A stretch of 64,000 bases of DNA, from the NCBI RefSeq assembly GCF_009914755.1, contig NC_060927.1; one strand, 5' to 3'. The notes beneath the pieces are model-generated. The model saw nothing but the letters and a program-made list of their open reading frames with translations. It was not told where the DNA came from and ran no database searches. Origin of the DNA: the human T2T-CHM13v2.0 reference genome, Homo sapiens. Positions 1 through 11,977 of this stretch are shown here, one piece after another. How positions within the stretch are numbered: the stretch's first letter is position 1; each line of letters begins with the position of its first letter. The translations under genes were made by a program, and so were the position numbers.

Positions 1-757
1 GATTACTACAGCTTTGAAATATAATTTGAAATCAAGATGTGTAATTATCTCCAACTTTATTTTTCTTTCTCTAGTGCTTTTGCTATTCAGGACCTTTTGT
101 GGTTCTATAGAATTTTTAGAATTGTTTTTTCTATTTCTGTGAAAAATGCTATTGGAATTTTGATAGAGATTGTATTGAATCTGCATATTGCTTTGGGTAG
201 TGTGGACATTTAAGCCATATTTATTCTTCCAATCCATAAAAATGAGTTATCTTTCCTTTTATCTGTGTCTTCCTCAATTTCCTTCATTAATGTTTTATAG
301 TTTTCAATGTACAGATCTTTCACTTCCTTGGTTAAATTTATTCCTAAGTATTTTATTCTTTTTGATTAATGTACTTCAAGTACTATGCTTAATAGAAGTG
401 CTGAGAGTGGACCTCTTTGCCTTTTACTGGATCTCAGAGGAAAAGCTTCCGGTTTTCACCCATTGATTATAATAGCTATGGGCTTTCATAAATGACCTTT
501 ATTATGTTATTGTGTCAAGGACATTTCCTTCTATACTTAAATTATTGAAAGTTTCCATCAACAATATATGTTGAGCATTTTTCTGCATCTATTGAGATGT
601 TCATGTGGTTTTTATCTTTCACTCTGTTAACATGGCATATAGGATTGACTAATTTGCCTATATTTAAGCAACCTCGTACCCCAGGGATTAATCTAACTTG
701 ACCATGATGCATAATATTTCTTATATATTATTGAATTCGGTTTGCTAGTATTTTATT
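1..757 (-). mobile_element. Old L1M ORF2 fragment, antisense (continues beyond window start)
   Basis: Typical antisense L1 ORF2 text (gctattggaattttgatagagattgtattgaatctg; gaattcggtttgctagtatttt = KILANRIQ region on minus strand); degenerate. Confidence 0.85.
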
Positions 758-759
758 TA

Positions 760-1670
760 TATTATCAGGGAAGAGCAAATTAAAGCAACAATGAGTATCA
801 GTAAACATGTATTAGAAGGAGAAAAATCCAGAACACTGACAATGCCAAATGCTGGTGAGGATGTGTTGTTCAAAGGACACTCTAATTCATTACTGGTGGG
901 AATGCAAAATGATACAGCTATTTTAGGAGACTCTTCAGCAGTGTCTTACAAAGTTAAACATACTTTTACCATATGATTCAGCAGTTATGCTCCTTGTTAT
1001 TTACCCAAAGGAACTGAAACTTGTGTCCACACAAAAACTGGCACATGGATGTTTTTAGCATCTTTATTCATGATTGCCAAAACTTGAACGCAACCAAGAG
1101 GTCTTTCAGTAGTTGAATGGATAAGTATACCATGTCCATCCAGACAATGGAATATCATTCAATGCTAGAAAGAAATACATTATCAAGCCATGACTAGACA
1201 TGGAGGAACCTTAAATGCATATTAATAAGTGAAAGAAGCCAACATGAAAAAGTGACATGCTGTACAATTCCAACTACATGACATGAAAAGGAAAACTTAT
1301 GGAGATAGTAAAAAGATTAGTGATTTCCAGGGATTAGTGGGGTGGGAGGGATGAATAGGCAGAGCACCGGAGATTTTTAGGGTGGTGAAACAATTCTATT
1401 GAAAACAATCTACTATAATGATGGATCCATGTCATTATACATTTGTCCAAACCCATAGAATGTACAACATCGAGAGTGAACCCTAATGTAAACTGTGGAC
1501 TTTGGGTGATAATGATGTGCCAATTTAGGTTAGTCAGTTGTAGCAAATGTACCACTCTGGTGGAGAATGTTAATAATGGGGGGCTGCACACATCTGGGGA
1601 CAGAGAAAATCTCTGTACCTTCCATTCAATTTTGCTATGAATCTAAAACTGCTCTAGAGAATACCCTATT
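760..1670 (+). mobile_element. L1MC-type (L1MC1/2-like) 3' end
   Basis: ccaaatgctggtgaggatgtg, acatggaggaaccttaaatgcatatt and gagtgaaccctaatgtaaactgtggactttgggtgataatgatgtg match recalled L1MC 3' consensus. Confidence 0.85.
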
Positions 1671-1673
1671 TAA

Positions 1674-1698
1674 ACACACACACACACACACGCACACA
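1674..1698 (+). repeat. (CA)n microsatellite at L1 tail
   Basis: cacacacacacacacacgcacaca. Confidence 0.9.
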
Positions 1699-2294
1699 AA
1701 ACTGCCCACACTAAAACACTTACATGCCTTTGTAAGGGCCACTGTTCAAAATATATGCTAATGTGAAAGAATAAGTTGACAGCCAAAACTCATTTTTTAA
1801 AGTTGGTTTATCTCCAAATGCATGAGTGTTTTATTATTGTTATTACAAATGCCCTTTAATGTAGGCCTTCTCATTCATTATCTTAGAGGGTTCCAAAGTG
1901 AAATGAAAAACAACAGTTTCTTGACAAGCTTACAGACTTTAAAGCTGTTAGAGTGGGTGGAAGAAATGAGAATTGCAAAGCTTTATAGACATTGATGGGA
2001 TCGCTTTATTCTGAAATGATGATATAAATAAGCCTTTTCAAAAACTTCATTGAGTTTAGCATGGAAATTACCTAGTCAATTTGGGGAACTTGATAACTTT
2101 AGGACCTTGGGCATAAATAATACATTGTCCAGCAAAACATTAGCCAAAACTTTTATTGGCAAGTTCACAAATTTCAAAAGCTTTACCATGGCAATTTCTA
2201 AAAAGGTAATCCTTAAGCTACCATGTTTGTGTGTATATTATTGTCTGTTTTAAACTGAGAAAATACATTTTTTATCTTAAGTAGGAAGGGAACT

Positions 2295-2650
2295 CATGTT
2301 TAATGCTTACTATGTGCTAGGTACTTAACGTGAACGATCTCATTTAATTCAAACAACAAATTCATGAGGTCAGTATTATTATCTTGGCTTTAGATAAAAG
2401 GAAGCAAAAGCGCAGAGAAAAATAGAAGTGAAGGCTTACATAATATTATGTTTCAGGCAATGTTTTAAATACTTCTTGCATACATTGACATTTAGTTCTT
2501 CATAACAGTCTTTAAAAGGTGGGTACTACTATCTCCATGTTGCAGATGAGAAAAGTGAAGCACGGAGAGATCAGAGATTTGTTCAAGGTAAGTGGCAGAA
2601 GCCGGAACTGAGATACAGGAAGTTGAGTCTGTACTCTGTAACCACTAAGC
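2295..2650 (-). mobile_element. Two adjacent MIR SINE fragments
   Basis: Antisense MIR core twice (gcttactatgtgctagg...catttaattc...; tgcagatgagaaaagtgaagcac...taagtggcagaagccgg). Confidence 0.7.
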
Positions 2651-3363
2651 TACAGAGCCTAAAGAGTGCAAAAGGCTTTACAGTAAGGACATGGCAGAGC
2701 CATTTTTTTGCTTGTCTTTCTAGCCCTTAAACTCTTTATCATCTTTTAGGTCCAAGATTCCACTAAAATGAGAGTCATTACTGTTAGGACGAATTGTTTC
2801 CCTGAACTGCCATGGCCATATTATTAGTAGCTCTACTTAGCAAGTATTTAATTCCAATGTAAGTGGTTACATGTAAGCTTTTTGAAGACAGAGGCTAATT
2901 TCTTTCTTTGTATCTCTAAGCACCCAACTTTTGTACAGTTGTGGGTGCTCAGAAAAATTTTAAATGAACAGGAGGGATATTTCAGTGTTTTTTTAAACAA
3001 AAGGTTTTTGGTGGTGGTGGTGTTCTCTGCTATAGGGGCAAATATAACATGAATGAAAAGGTCTATAGCTGATGTTATTGGCATAGAAAACTAAGTAGTT
3101 TAAGCCTGAATTGATAACATTTAAAAGGGAAGAATGTCAACTGAATGATACATCATTTTAGCTAACAGAAATAATGTAATGTAAATGGATAGAAAATTTA
3201 GATTACAATAAATATTTAAAAATTACTGTCTTCTCTACATGAATATAACTTCTTCTAAGAGACTCATAAAGAATATTTCTTTGATACATGACAATGAGTG
3301 ACAGAGACTGTATTATGTTCTTTGACACACGAGCCCCCCCCGGAACCTGAGGCCAGTACTCAC

Positions 3364-3416
3364 CGGATACTGAGAATATGTGGTTTCTGTTACCCATGAG
3401 ATATTACTTCAGGTCT
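3364..3416 (-). other. Candidate exon (53 nt) of an unidentified transcript
   Basis: Acceptor tgcttctcacctttAG|, donor CCG|GTGAGT; non-repeat context. Confidence 0.35.
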
Positions 3417-3529
3417 CTAAAGGTGAGAAGCAATAACCCTGTTCCCCAAGACAGACATCCTCCTTGTGTTCCAAGCAATGTGGCTCAAGTAGGTTGGCTC
3501 AGGCAGGTGTGTTGCCATGAAAGCATCAC

Positions 3530-3690
3530 TGAACTCAGAGTTATATGATCTGAGTTTAAATCTCAGTCCTGACATTCCCTAGCTGTGTGCTCAGGTAGCT
3601 TCCTGAGTTTCAATTTCTTCATCTGTATAGTGAGTGTAATAATACTGGCATATTAGGTTGTTTGATGGTTTAAAATTCTGTTTGCAAAAG
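3530..3690 (+). mobile_element. MIR SINE
   Basis: tgagtttaaatctcag...ctagctgtgtg...caatttcttcatctgtata. Confidence 0.65.
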
Positions 3691-4069
3691 TCCCTGTTAT
3701 ACTGATTTTTTCAGCTAGTGTTTGAGCCATGTGAATTTCATTCCTTCCTGTGGGGATAATTCCAGTGGGTCTTGGCCACCTCTAACCTGTTTTGCCACTC
3801 TGGTTGCTGTTACCACTGCAATTTCCTGAGGTCCTCTGTTCATTCAGGGCTGATTTCAACTCCCAAAACCACTACAGGAACCTTGTACATTCCTGCACTC
3901 TGATCAGAACTCTTCTCAGCATTGCTGCTGCCACTGGCTCCCACTAAGCCCCCAACATGTGCTTTTCCTTGGGGCTTCCCTGAGGCCCCCTCCAGCTGCT
4001 CTCACCACCTCTGTGGAGACCTTCAAGCTCTGTCACCCTCTGGCAGGCTGAGACTTTACTTATCAGTCC

Positions 4070-4200
4070 CTGTTCAACATCAAACATTTACTGAGGGCCT
4101 ACAAGTACTAGGTTAAACGATGAAGTTATAAGTCCTTGCCCTCAAGGAGCTTAGAATTCAGAAGGGAAAATAGACAGACTAACTATAACACTACAGTGAG
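4070..4200 (-). mobile_element. L2 3' fragment
   Basis: caaacatttactgagggcctac...gtccttgccctcaaggagcttag. Confidence 0.6.
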
Positions 4201-6704
4201 AGATGAGTTAAGAAAGAGAAAAGCAGAGAGTAGGGACCAGGCAGAGATCCTCTACAGACCTGCCTGCCCCCTTGTATTTCAGGTTTGCTATCCCCAAAGT
4301 CTTGAGTCCAAGACTCTGGATGCAGCAGAAAGTGACCACCAATCCCAAAGGCTGACAATGAAAAGGTCTTAAGAAAGGTTTTTATACTTTTCCTGTAATG
4401 TGTCCTGCAGGCAGGGCAGGGCAGGGATACTCGTATTCTCTGATGCCATCAGTCCACTATGCTCCCTAACCCACATACTGGAGGCAACTGCCTATGTAAT
4501 TTCCCCACACGGTGGCTTCTCTCCCTCTTATAGGGGCAGCCCCCCACTCCCTGCCATTCCTCTTAGACTCACCGTGACACAGACTCCAGAAAACATTGAC
4601 CATGTTTGCATAAAACCTATGCAAAGCGCCTCATGGTTAAGTAAAAGTGATTCTTTTGACTGCAGAACTTAGCTTTGGTTTACCTTTTTACCAGTACAAG
4701 TGGATGTGGGCTAATTTTCTCAACTCTTTTACCTACTTGCCTTGCAGCCAATGGAAGGCATTCATGAACATCTGACTAGATCAGAGTGTGAAGTCTTCTC
4801 AAGTCATCTGAGGATAACTGGCCCATAAGAGGATTGAACTCAGAACTTTGACTTCATTAGGGGTACATTCCAATCCCTGGCCTAAAACAAAGTGATCAGC
4901 TCAGAGGAGAAGTCTAATATGTGGATCCAGGGCCACAGCTCCTTCCACGATGTAGATTTTTTGAGCTAATTGTAAGAAATGTACTGTAAAGATGAGACTA
5001 CATATTCTTGCCATAGTTTCCATCAGCTGACAAACAGAATGAAATCAATGCAGAAGTAGATAAAATGAAGAACATGAACAAGAAAAGGGATGATTAAGAG
5101 AAATAAATTCTTCTATACAAATATTTCAAAACTTGGCTCTTGAAGCATGAGTTCTTGAGGGTAGGCAAGGTCCATTTACCTCTGTATTCTCAGAGAAACT
5201 AAGAGATAGTTTATTTGCACATTGTAAGAACTTAAGAAATGTGAGTTTAAAAAATCCAAAACATCTTGCTGAATATCCAGAATAATAAAGTTATGAGAAA
5301 CAAATGAGTTGGAATAAGAGTTGCTTAATATTGAAAATCAAATACAGAACAAAATACAAATCCATCTTATAAAGTATATTATAAATGTACTAGATCAGGT
5401 TTAACCTATGTACAATTTAGAAACAAAATATGTGAATTAAGAGTTGGTGAAAAATAAAAATCTATAAATGCCTTCAAAGTTGTTGAAAATGTCTATTAGT
5501 TGAACTCTTACATAGTCTGTGACTATAAAGACAACACAAAAACTTAAAACAAGGGGTGGGGAAAGAGAGATTAAAACTTGCTGAAAATATTTACTATCTG
5601 TCTGTTATGAATTTATCTCTCCCAAAGAGATTTTATTTTCAGTTTTCCTATATCATCAGTATGGAATACATGAAAACTATGCTTTTAGACTAACAACTAC
5701 CTTAAAAATTATTGTCATTGCTCACTAAACCATACATTTCTGGATTCTTAAAATACCTCTAGCTAATAGGACCATTCACAAAAATGTCATTTTGGTTCAT
5801 TGAAATGAATTGCTTTCCTGTCCAAGAATTAAACAGTCATTTAAAAACAACACATTATTTCCTTGCAAAATAAAGCGCTAAGCTTAAGAAATAAAATACA
5901 GAAAAGTCAAATGAGAAAGTGTTTTGTAAGGGGCTACCTGCTGCTGCAACAGGGCACTTGCTTCTCTCTCCTACATTCTGCAGTGACTCTGGGGTCCCCA
6001 GAGTTTGGGCATAAATAATCCAAACTATACCCACAGTGCAGGGAGCCCAGTCAGCTTTCCTTCTCTCCCGCTGGCACTGGAAGGTAACTGACATGCCCTC
6101 TGGCTGCCTTCTAACCGTTTTAGTTAAGCCTAGGTTTCAATTAAGTTCAGTGCTCCAGCCCTATTCACTCCCTAGAACTAGCTGGAAGGAAGCTGCTACC
6201 AGTCAATGAGTAGATCCATTACTTCCCTAAGTGCTCAGCCCCAGAGAGAGAAATGCTGAATTTAGAAAAGATTGGGTGGACTTCGGACAATGTGTGGGAA
6301 GGAAGTACATTTCCTAGGCTGTACACACACCCCACAGAGCTTCTGGGGATGAAGAAAAGAGAAAATAGGGGTCTCTGAAGTATTTATTTTGGGAACTCAA
6401 GCATTAAATTTATTACTTAGTCACTTAGCAGTTGTTATTTTCTTCAACCTAGAATATTACCCTCAATGAGAGCTAAAACCAAAACCAATTTATCACAGGG
6501 ATGGATTTGAAATAATGTGATACCTAACCTAATGTCACATGAAATTTCACAGTAATAATAAAAATGTAGGTACTGGTTTTCTTCAAATAAGAAACATTTT
6601 GAACATGTAAAAATAACCTCTGACCTATATATGACTTAACTTGCTTGTTCTCATTCACGCAATGCCCATATACTGATTGAACATTTATGGCAGCCCCATA
6701 GCAC

Positions 6705-7146
6705 TGATAGATGCAGGAGGCAGATAATGGGGGGTCCCCAGAGAATCTCCGACCCACCCCACAAGTGTTTACATCAAATGTTTCATGCAGATGAGGGAAC
6801 TTGCCCAGGGTCTTGTCTGTGCATGCCTGCAATGGACTGGGGATCTGCTTGCACACTGGGAGAATGGAGTTGAACCATGGTAAGTTCATGCCTTGTGCAG
6901 GGGGCAGGGAGCCTGGCTGCCTCAGCTCCTGAATTGGTGGTGGCCTGGAATTCAATCTCTGAGGTGGTAGCCTGTTAGCAAGACCCCCTCTCTCTTTGCT
7001 GAGAGTCTTCTTTTTTTCTCTCTTTTCCTTTTCACCCAACAAACTCTGTTCCCCTCACCTTTCAATGTGTCCACATGCCTATTTTTTTCTGGTTATGATA
7101 CAAGAGCCCAGATTTAGCTGAACTAAGGAGCAAAAATTCTGCATCA
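6705..7146 (+). mobile_element. 5' LTR (MER61C/E-like)
   Basis: Starts TGATAGATGCAGGAGGCAG, ends agctgaactaaggagcaaaaattctgcatCA; repeated at 14668. Confidence 0.92.
6797..6828 (+). promoter_or_regulatory. p53 response-element array in 5' LTR
   Basis: GAACTTGCCC-ag-GGTCTTGTCT-GTGCATGCCT versus RRRCWWGYYY: 0, 1 and 1 mismatches, all CWWG cores intact; MER61 LTRs are a known source of p53 sites. Confidence 0.7.
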
Positions 7147-7149
7147 TTT

Positions 7150-7167
7150 TGGTGGCCCGTATAGGGA
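7150..7167 (+). other. Primer-binding site, tRNA-Ile type
   Basis: TGGTGGCCCGTATAGGGA, 16/18 to the complement of the tRNA-Ile 3' end (TGGTGGCCCGTACGGGGA); both mismatches lie at one CpG. Confidence 0.85.
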
Positions 7168-10100
7168 CATGAGGAAAGGTGAGTAAAATGCAGATCAATA
7201 GATCTTTTTCCCTCTTGTTTCTGAGGCTTTTTGTCCTCGGACTTCTTCTGAAGTCCTTCCTTCTTCTGAAGGAAGCTGTGCACCACCCCACCCCAATGGC
7301 CACAGACACACATTTGGGACAGATGGGTGAGTGATGGCTCCCTGATCCCACTTCCTTCCTGGCTGGGGTGCATGGCTGTGTCTGCTGCATGTGCATGTGG
7401 CATCTAATGGCCATGCAGGGTGGGAAGGAGCCACAGATGCTGCCTGGGCCCCAAGACAGCCGGGGGGACCCAGGCCCATGTGGCAGGATAGCCAGCATTC
7501 CCCACCACACATTCATGGAGGCTTCCCTTCCCTCAGCCAAGGGGTCCAGCTCCATCTGACAGCAACTAATTTTCTCTCCAGGTTGGAGGAACCCATTTGC
7601 ATAAGAAAAAGAGGTGCTTCCCCCAGACATCTTTCTAACCCTGAACTTTCAGCTATTTTTTCCCTTTTCTCTACCCTGTCAGTAGTTAGCACAGCCCTAC
7701 ACTTTAAGCTTTTTTCTTTTCTCCACCAGGTCAGGCGTTAACTTTTAAGCAAGAGGTTTCTTTCCTTTTAGAAGATGTTTTACTAGGCCAGGACCCCAAC
7801 TATCACTGTTTATATTCTCTGGAGAGTTTTAATTATGAAAAAGAATTTGTAAGGTTGTTCTTAAGCTGTAGCCAATCTGGTGTGCTTTGCATGTCTTTTT
7901 GTATGGTCAGCAAACTTTGCTGCAGGCCTCCATTTTATTTTACGTCCTTGGAAGCGTGATCTGTAACCACATGGCAGTGCTTTGTTTTAGCTTCTGCCAT
8001 TTTACAATTGTGGATGGGTTGAATCCTGGCTTAGGGAATGAGTCCTTTCTGGTTTGATATCTGCATGACTTTTGCCATTTGTTAATTCTTTTCCCCTCCA
8101 CAAACCACCTTGCATTTCTCTTTCTCTGAGTCTTTAGTAAAGTTTGAAAGCCAGAAATATTGGCCACTTGGCATGTCAAAAGTCAGGTAATAAGTGATTT
8201 AAAAGGATTTTCTTAAAGAGCACTCAGCTTAATTAAAAGTGGATATCCAAGTTGTAGGTATATTTAAAAGGCCTTTATGTTTTTCTCTTCTTGGATCTTG
8301 TTTTTCTGGAAAAGAGGTTTTTCATCACTCAACTGAATTATTTTTCTTCATTTTGCCTTGCCACTCTTAATGCAGGCATGAGAGGGGAGTGACCTCTGTT
8401 TTCCTTATGGAGCCCCAGGAATTGGAGTCTGATGAATCCCTCCCAAAATCTTTTTGTCTTCTGGCTGTACCTCTTTATTAGGCCTCCAAAACTGCATGCT
8501 TTCCTAGTCTTCCTTTTAATGGGCTCCACCCAGGGGCCAATAATCCAATTAGGAGATTGGCAAACAAAAAATCTTATAGCTACTGGATCCTTTTCTGCCT
8601 GTCTATGTAGTTATATATGTATTGTGTGTGTAATGTCTATAAAAAAAGAGCTCTAATTAATTAACTTAAAGAAGGATAAGTGCTCAAATATTTATCAAAG
8701 GAAATATAAAAGCTGTGGTGCCTTTTAGTTCATGGGACTTTAATCTTTGAGAAATAAAAACAGCCTTAAATAGTATTGGTAAAATGCAGATGTCATTAAA
8801 ATAAAAATTGTTGCCTAGAGTTAAAGGATTGTTTTAAATTAGATAAGATAAAGTTCAAACAAGTTGTGGAAGGATTGTAAAAATTAATCATGCAGAAAAA
8901 TTTCATATGTGAACATGTTGACTAAATTCAAAAGGGTATTATATGTTTTTTCTGCTAATTGAGCACTGAAATAAAAGCACAACAAGGTACTCTTAAGGAA
9001 CTAATCTGTAGCAAAATTTGTAAAGGGTTATAAAAGATTTTTGCTTTTTTAAAATTTCAGAGTCATCATTTTGGTAAAATAAATAACTTATGGTAATCTG
9101 GAATTCTATTTCATAACATCAAGTGTTTTAAACCTCTAATGTATTTAACAGGCATCCCCAAATCAAACTTCAGTTTCGAAATCATCTTTCCTGACACCTG
9201 GCTTTGGATGCTACAGAGGGCCCCCGAAGCATCCGGAAGAGAGGTAAATAGTATTATTTAACATGTTTAGGCAGATGGGATTGCCAAAATGATGTTTAAT
9301 TGTCTTCATGTTATATTTTAGGGAATAATATTAATATATGTTTCAAAATTATATGGGATCTCTAACATTCTAATGTCTGAGTATACGCCATCCATCACAA
9401 TTAAGGTTGTTATTTTAAACTATTGTAACCATGGAGATAACCAAATTTCTTTGTCAGTCGTGTTTTTGACTGTAACTACCCTGGAGATTTTGTTATTCAC
9501 AGACAATTGTTCTGATCCTCTTCAAAGGACGGTTTATAATCAGCTATAGAACTTTAACAGTGCTCTCAGATGTAGGTTTCTGATAAGTTTGGAGATTGTG
9601 ACATTGGAATAATGGAAAAATGTACAGGACTCATGAAGAGCTAAAACGTTCACAAATATCAAGCAAAACAAGAATTAACTGAATGGACTGAACTAATAGA
9701 AAACTAAAGTAATCTATTTGACTTTTGCTTGGAACATTGCTGATCCTTGTTTGTTTTTCACATTCAAGGAATCTTATTTTGAGCTATTTACAGTATTTAG
9801 TAATTGAGTAAGGTATATGCCTGTGAATAAAATTTGGAGCATATTTGTCTCTCTCTCTCTCTCTGCCTGGCTTCTCCAGAATTTGGAAACTAGTTGTGAG
9901 TATTGTTAACTTATGGCACTATAGTTGTTTACATCAGTGTAATAAGAATCAATTTTCTTTTGCAACAGGATGCAATTGGAGAAAATGGTTGTTTTACCAA
10001 GGCTTTGACTGGAAGGGTATGCTTACCTTTAAGAGTCAAGCTCGACCTGCAGAGCCAATAAAAACCCCTTGGGAAAGCTAGCCTCATACCTGGTCTACAC

Positions 10101-10255
10101 AGTCCCTGTACAGGTTTTCTAACCTGCAATGAGTAAAGAATGTCAGTTTCTAACAGGCCCAGGAACCCCATGCTCTTGGGACCTCAAGAGAGGAGTTTAC
10201 CCAACTTACAGGTATTTGAGGGTAGAAACCCATGACTGGGCTTGGCTTTAGAAAG

Positions 10256-10498
10256 TTCTATCTGATATTTCTTGTGTAACAGAGTTCCATCAAAGCCAAT
10301 CTAAAAGGTCTACATAGAAAAAAATATTCTTACTGTACTATATGTAAATAATCAGGCCAACTATAAGACTAAAGTATCCTATCTGAGATTCCTTGTGAAA
10401 CAGAGTTCCATCAAAGCCAATCTAAAAGGCCTACGTAGAAATAATTATCCTTTTTCATGTAATTTATGTAAATAATCAGGCCAAGTATAAGACTAAAG
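10256..10498 (+). repeat. ~121-bp diverged tandem duplication within ERV internal region
   Basis: aacagagttccatcaaagccaatctaaaagg...atgtaaataatcaggccaa.tataagactaaag occurs twice head-to-tail. Confidence 0.9.
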
Positions 10499-10610
10499 AA
10501 TATTTTGCAAATGACTCAGTCCTATCATGATTTGTTTTTCACAAAAATGAGGACTGGAGAGAAATTATGTTTTAAAACTTATCATACATTTGTCATTAAC
10601 TTCTAGACTT

Positions 10611-10905
10611 GGCCAGGCACGGTGGCTCATGCCTTTAAATAACCCCAACACTTAGGGAGGCCAAGGCAGGCAGATCATCTGAGGTCAGGAGTTTGAGACC
10701 AGCCTGACAAACATGGAGAAACTCCTTCTCTACTAAAAATATAAAATTAGCCGGGTGTGGTGGCGCATGCCTGTAATCCCAGCTACTTGGGAGGCTGAGG
10801 CAGGAGACTTGAACCCAGGAGGCAGTGGTTGCATTGAGCCGAGACTGTGCTATTGCACTCCAGCCTGGGCAACAAGAGCGAAACTCTTGTCTCAAAAAAA
10901 AAAAA
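10611..10905 (+). mobile_element. AluS (AluSp-like) nested in provirus
   Basis: Full dimer with A-tail; aacatggagaaac and aacaagagcgaaactc diagnostics; TSD core ttctagact on both sides. Confidence 0.95.
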
Positions 10906-11977
10906 TTCTAGACTCATTTGTTGTTTTTAAGTTTTTGCCCACATTTTAGGCTAACTCTGCTTAATCCTGTTAACCAACCAGCAGTCTCCAACTGCAGCTC
11001 AGAATAAACAAAAGGGATGGGTAATGTAAAAATCTGGATCAATATTCTAGTTCTGAGCAATTATCCTGCAAATCCTGCCAGGTGATGGGAATAGATAGGG
11101 TTACCTGGAGGTTTCCTTTTTGGGGAAGTAAGACCAAAGGAGCTAACCAAACTCAAGCCACATATACCCAAATCTTGGCAAGCATTTCTATAGCCACCAG
11201 TTATCTGTGCATGTCACAAAACATCCTTTTCTCTCCTTTGTTGGAGGAAGACTCAATTCCATAGCTTCACCTTAGCATTTGGCTTATAATAAGAAGTCTA
11301 TGCAATCCCCCGAGACACATTTTTGATCCCAAACTCAATTCCAAGCTTTGGATCAAAGCCCTAGGAAAGAAAACTGGATCTGAGGAATCCAGAGACAGAT
11401 GATAACAGAAGCCAAAAGGCACAGCACAGGTGAACATGACTAATTCCTGCCAATTAAGCCCAGCTTCCAATTTCATGGATAAAAGTCATGCTAGTATCCA
11501 TGGCATAAATGAGGTCTAGGGAATTTGAAGGCTACTGACAGCAGGGAAGATAGGGTGTATGCGGGTAAGCAGATATTCCAACCCCCTGGATCCCTTGTTA
11601 ACATGGGTGAAAGCTGCTTTGATGACACCCATGGGTGGCACCTTGTCATGGTCACCAGTACTTGGGGATATAAGAACAGAAGAAAGAAAGATGAATGCCT
11701 CATTTTCTCTCCCTCACATACCCCAGGTATTTCCTAGGAAGAGAAGAGAACCTAGGATGCCTTGCTCCCCTCTCTCTAGATGAGTAGCCATCCATCTTCA
11801 GCCTGTACCCCTTTCAAATGCATCCTGAATGCCTGGAACTCCTTTTGAAAAAAATGGCTTCTTTTTTTGTCTTTTTCCTCCTTTGTCCTCTCTTCACTGA
11901 TTTGTAATTGTATCTCCATACTATGGGACACTCCCCTCGGATACATCCGCCAAACTGGGAAAAGTTAATTTCCCACA

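Noticed and set aside
7150-7167. tRNA gene
   Set aside because: Only the 18-nt retroviral primer-binding complement; no cloverleaf
6524-7741. Cluster of 105-183 aa ORFs at the LTR/leader
   Set aside because: GC-richer LTR/leader sequence, overlapping on both strands, with no Gag or other recognisable motifs
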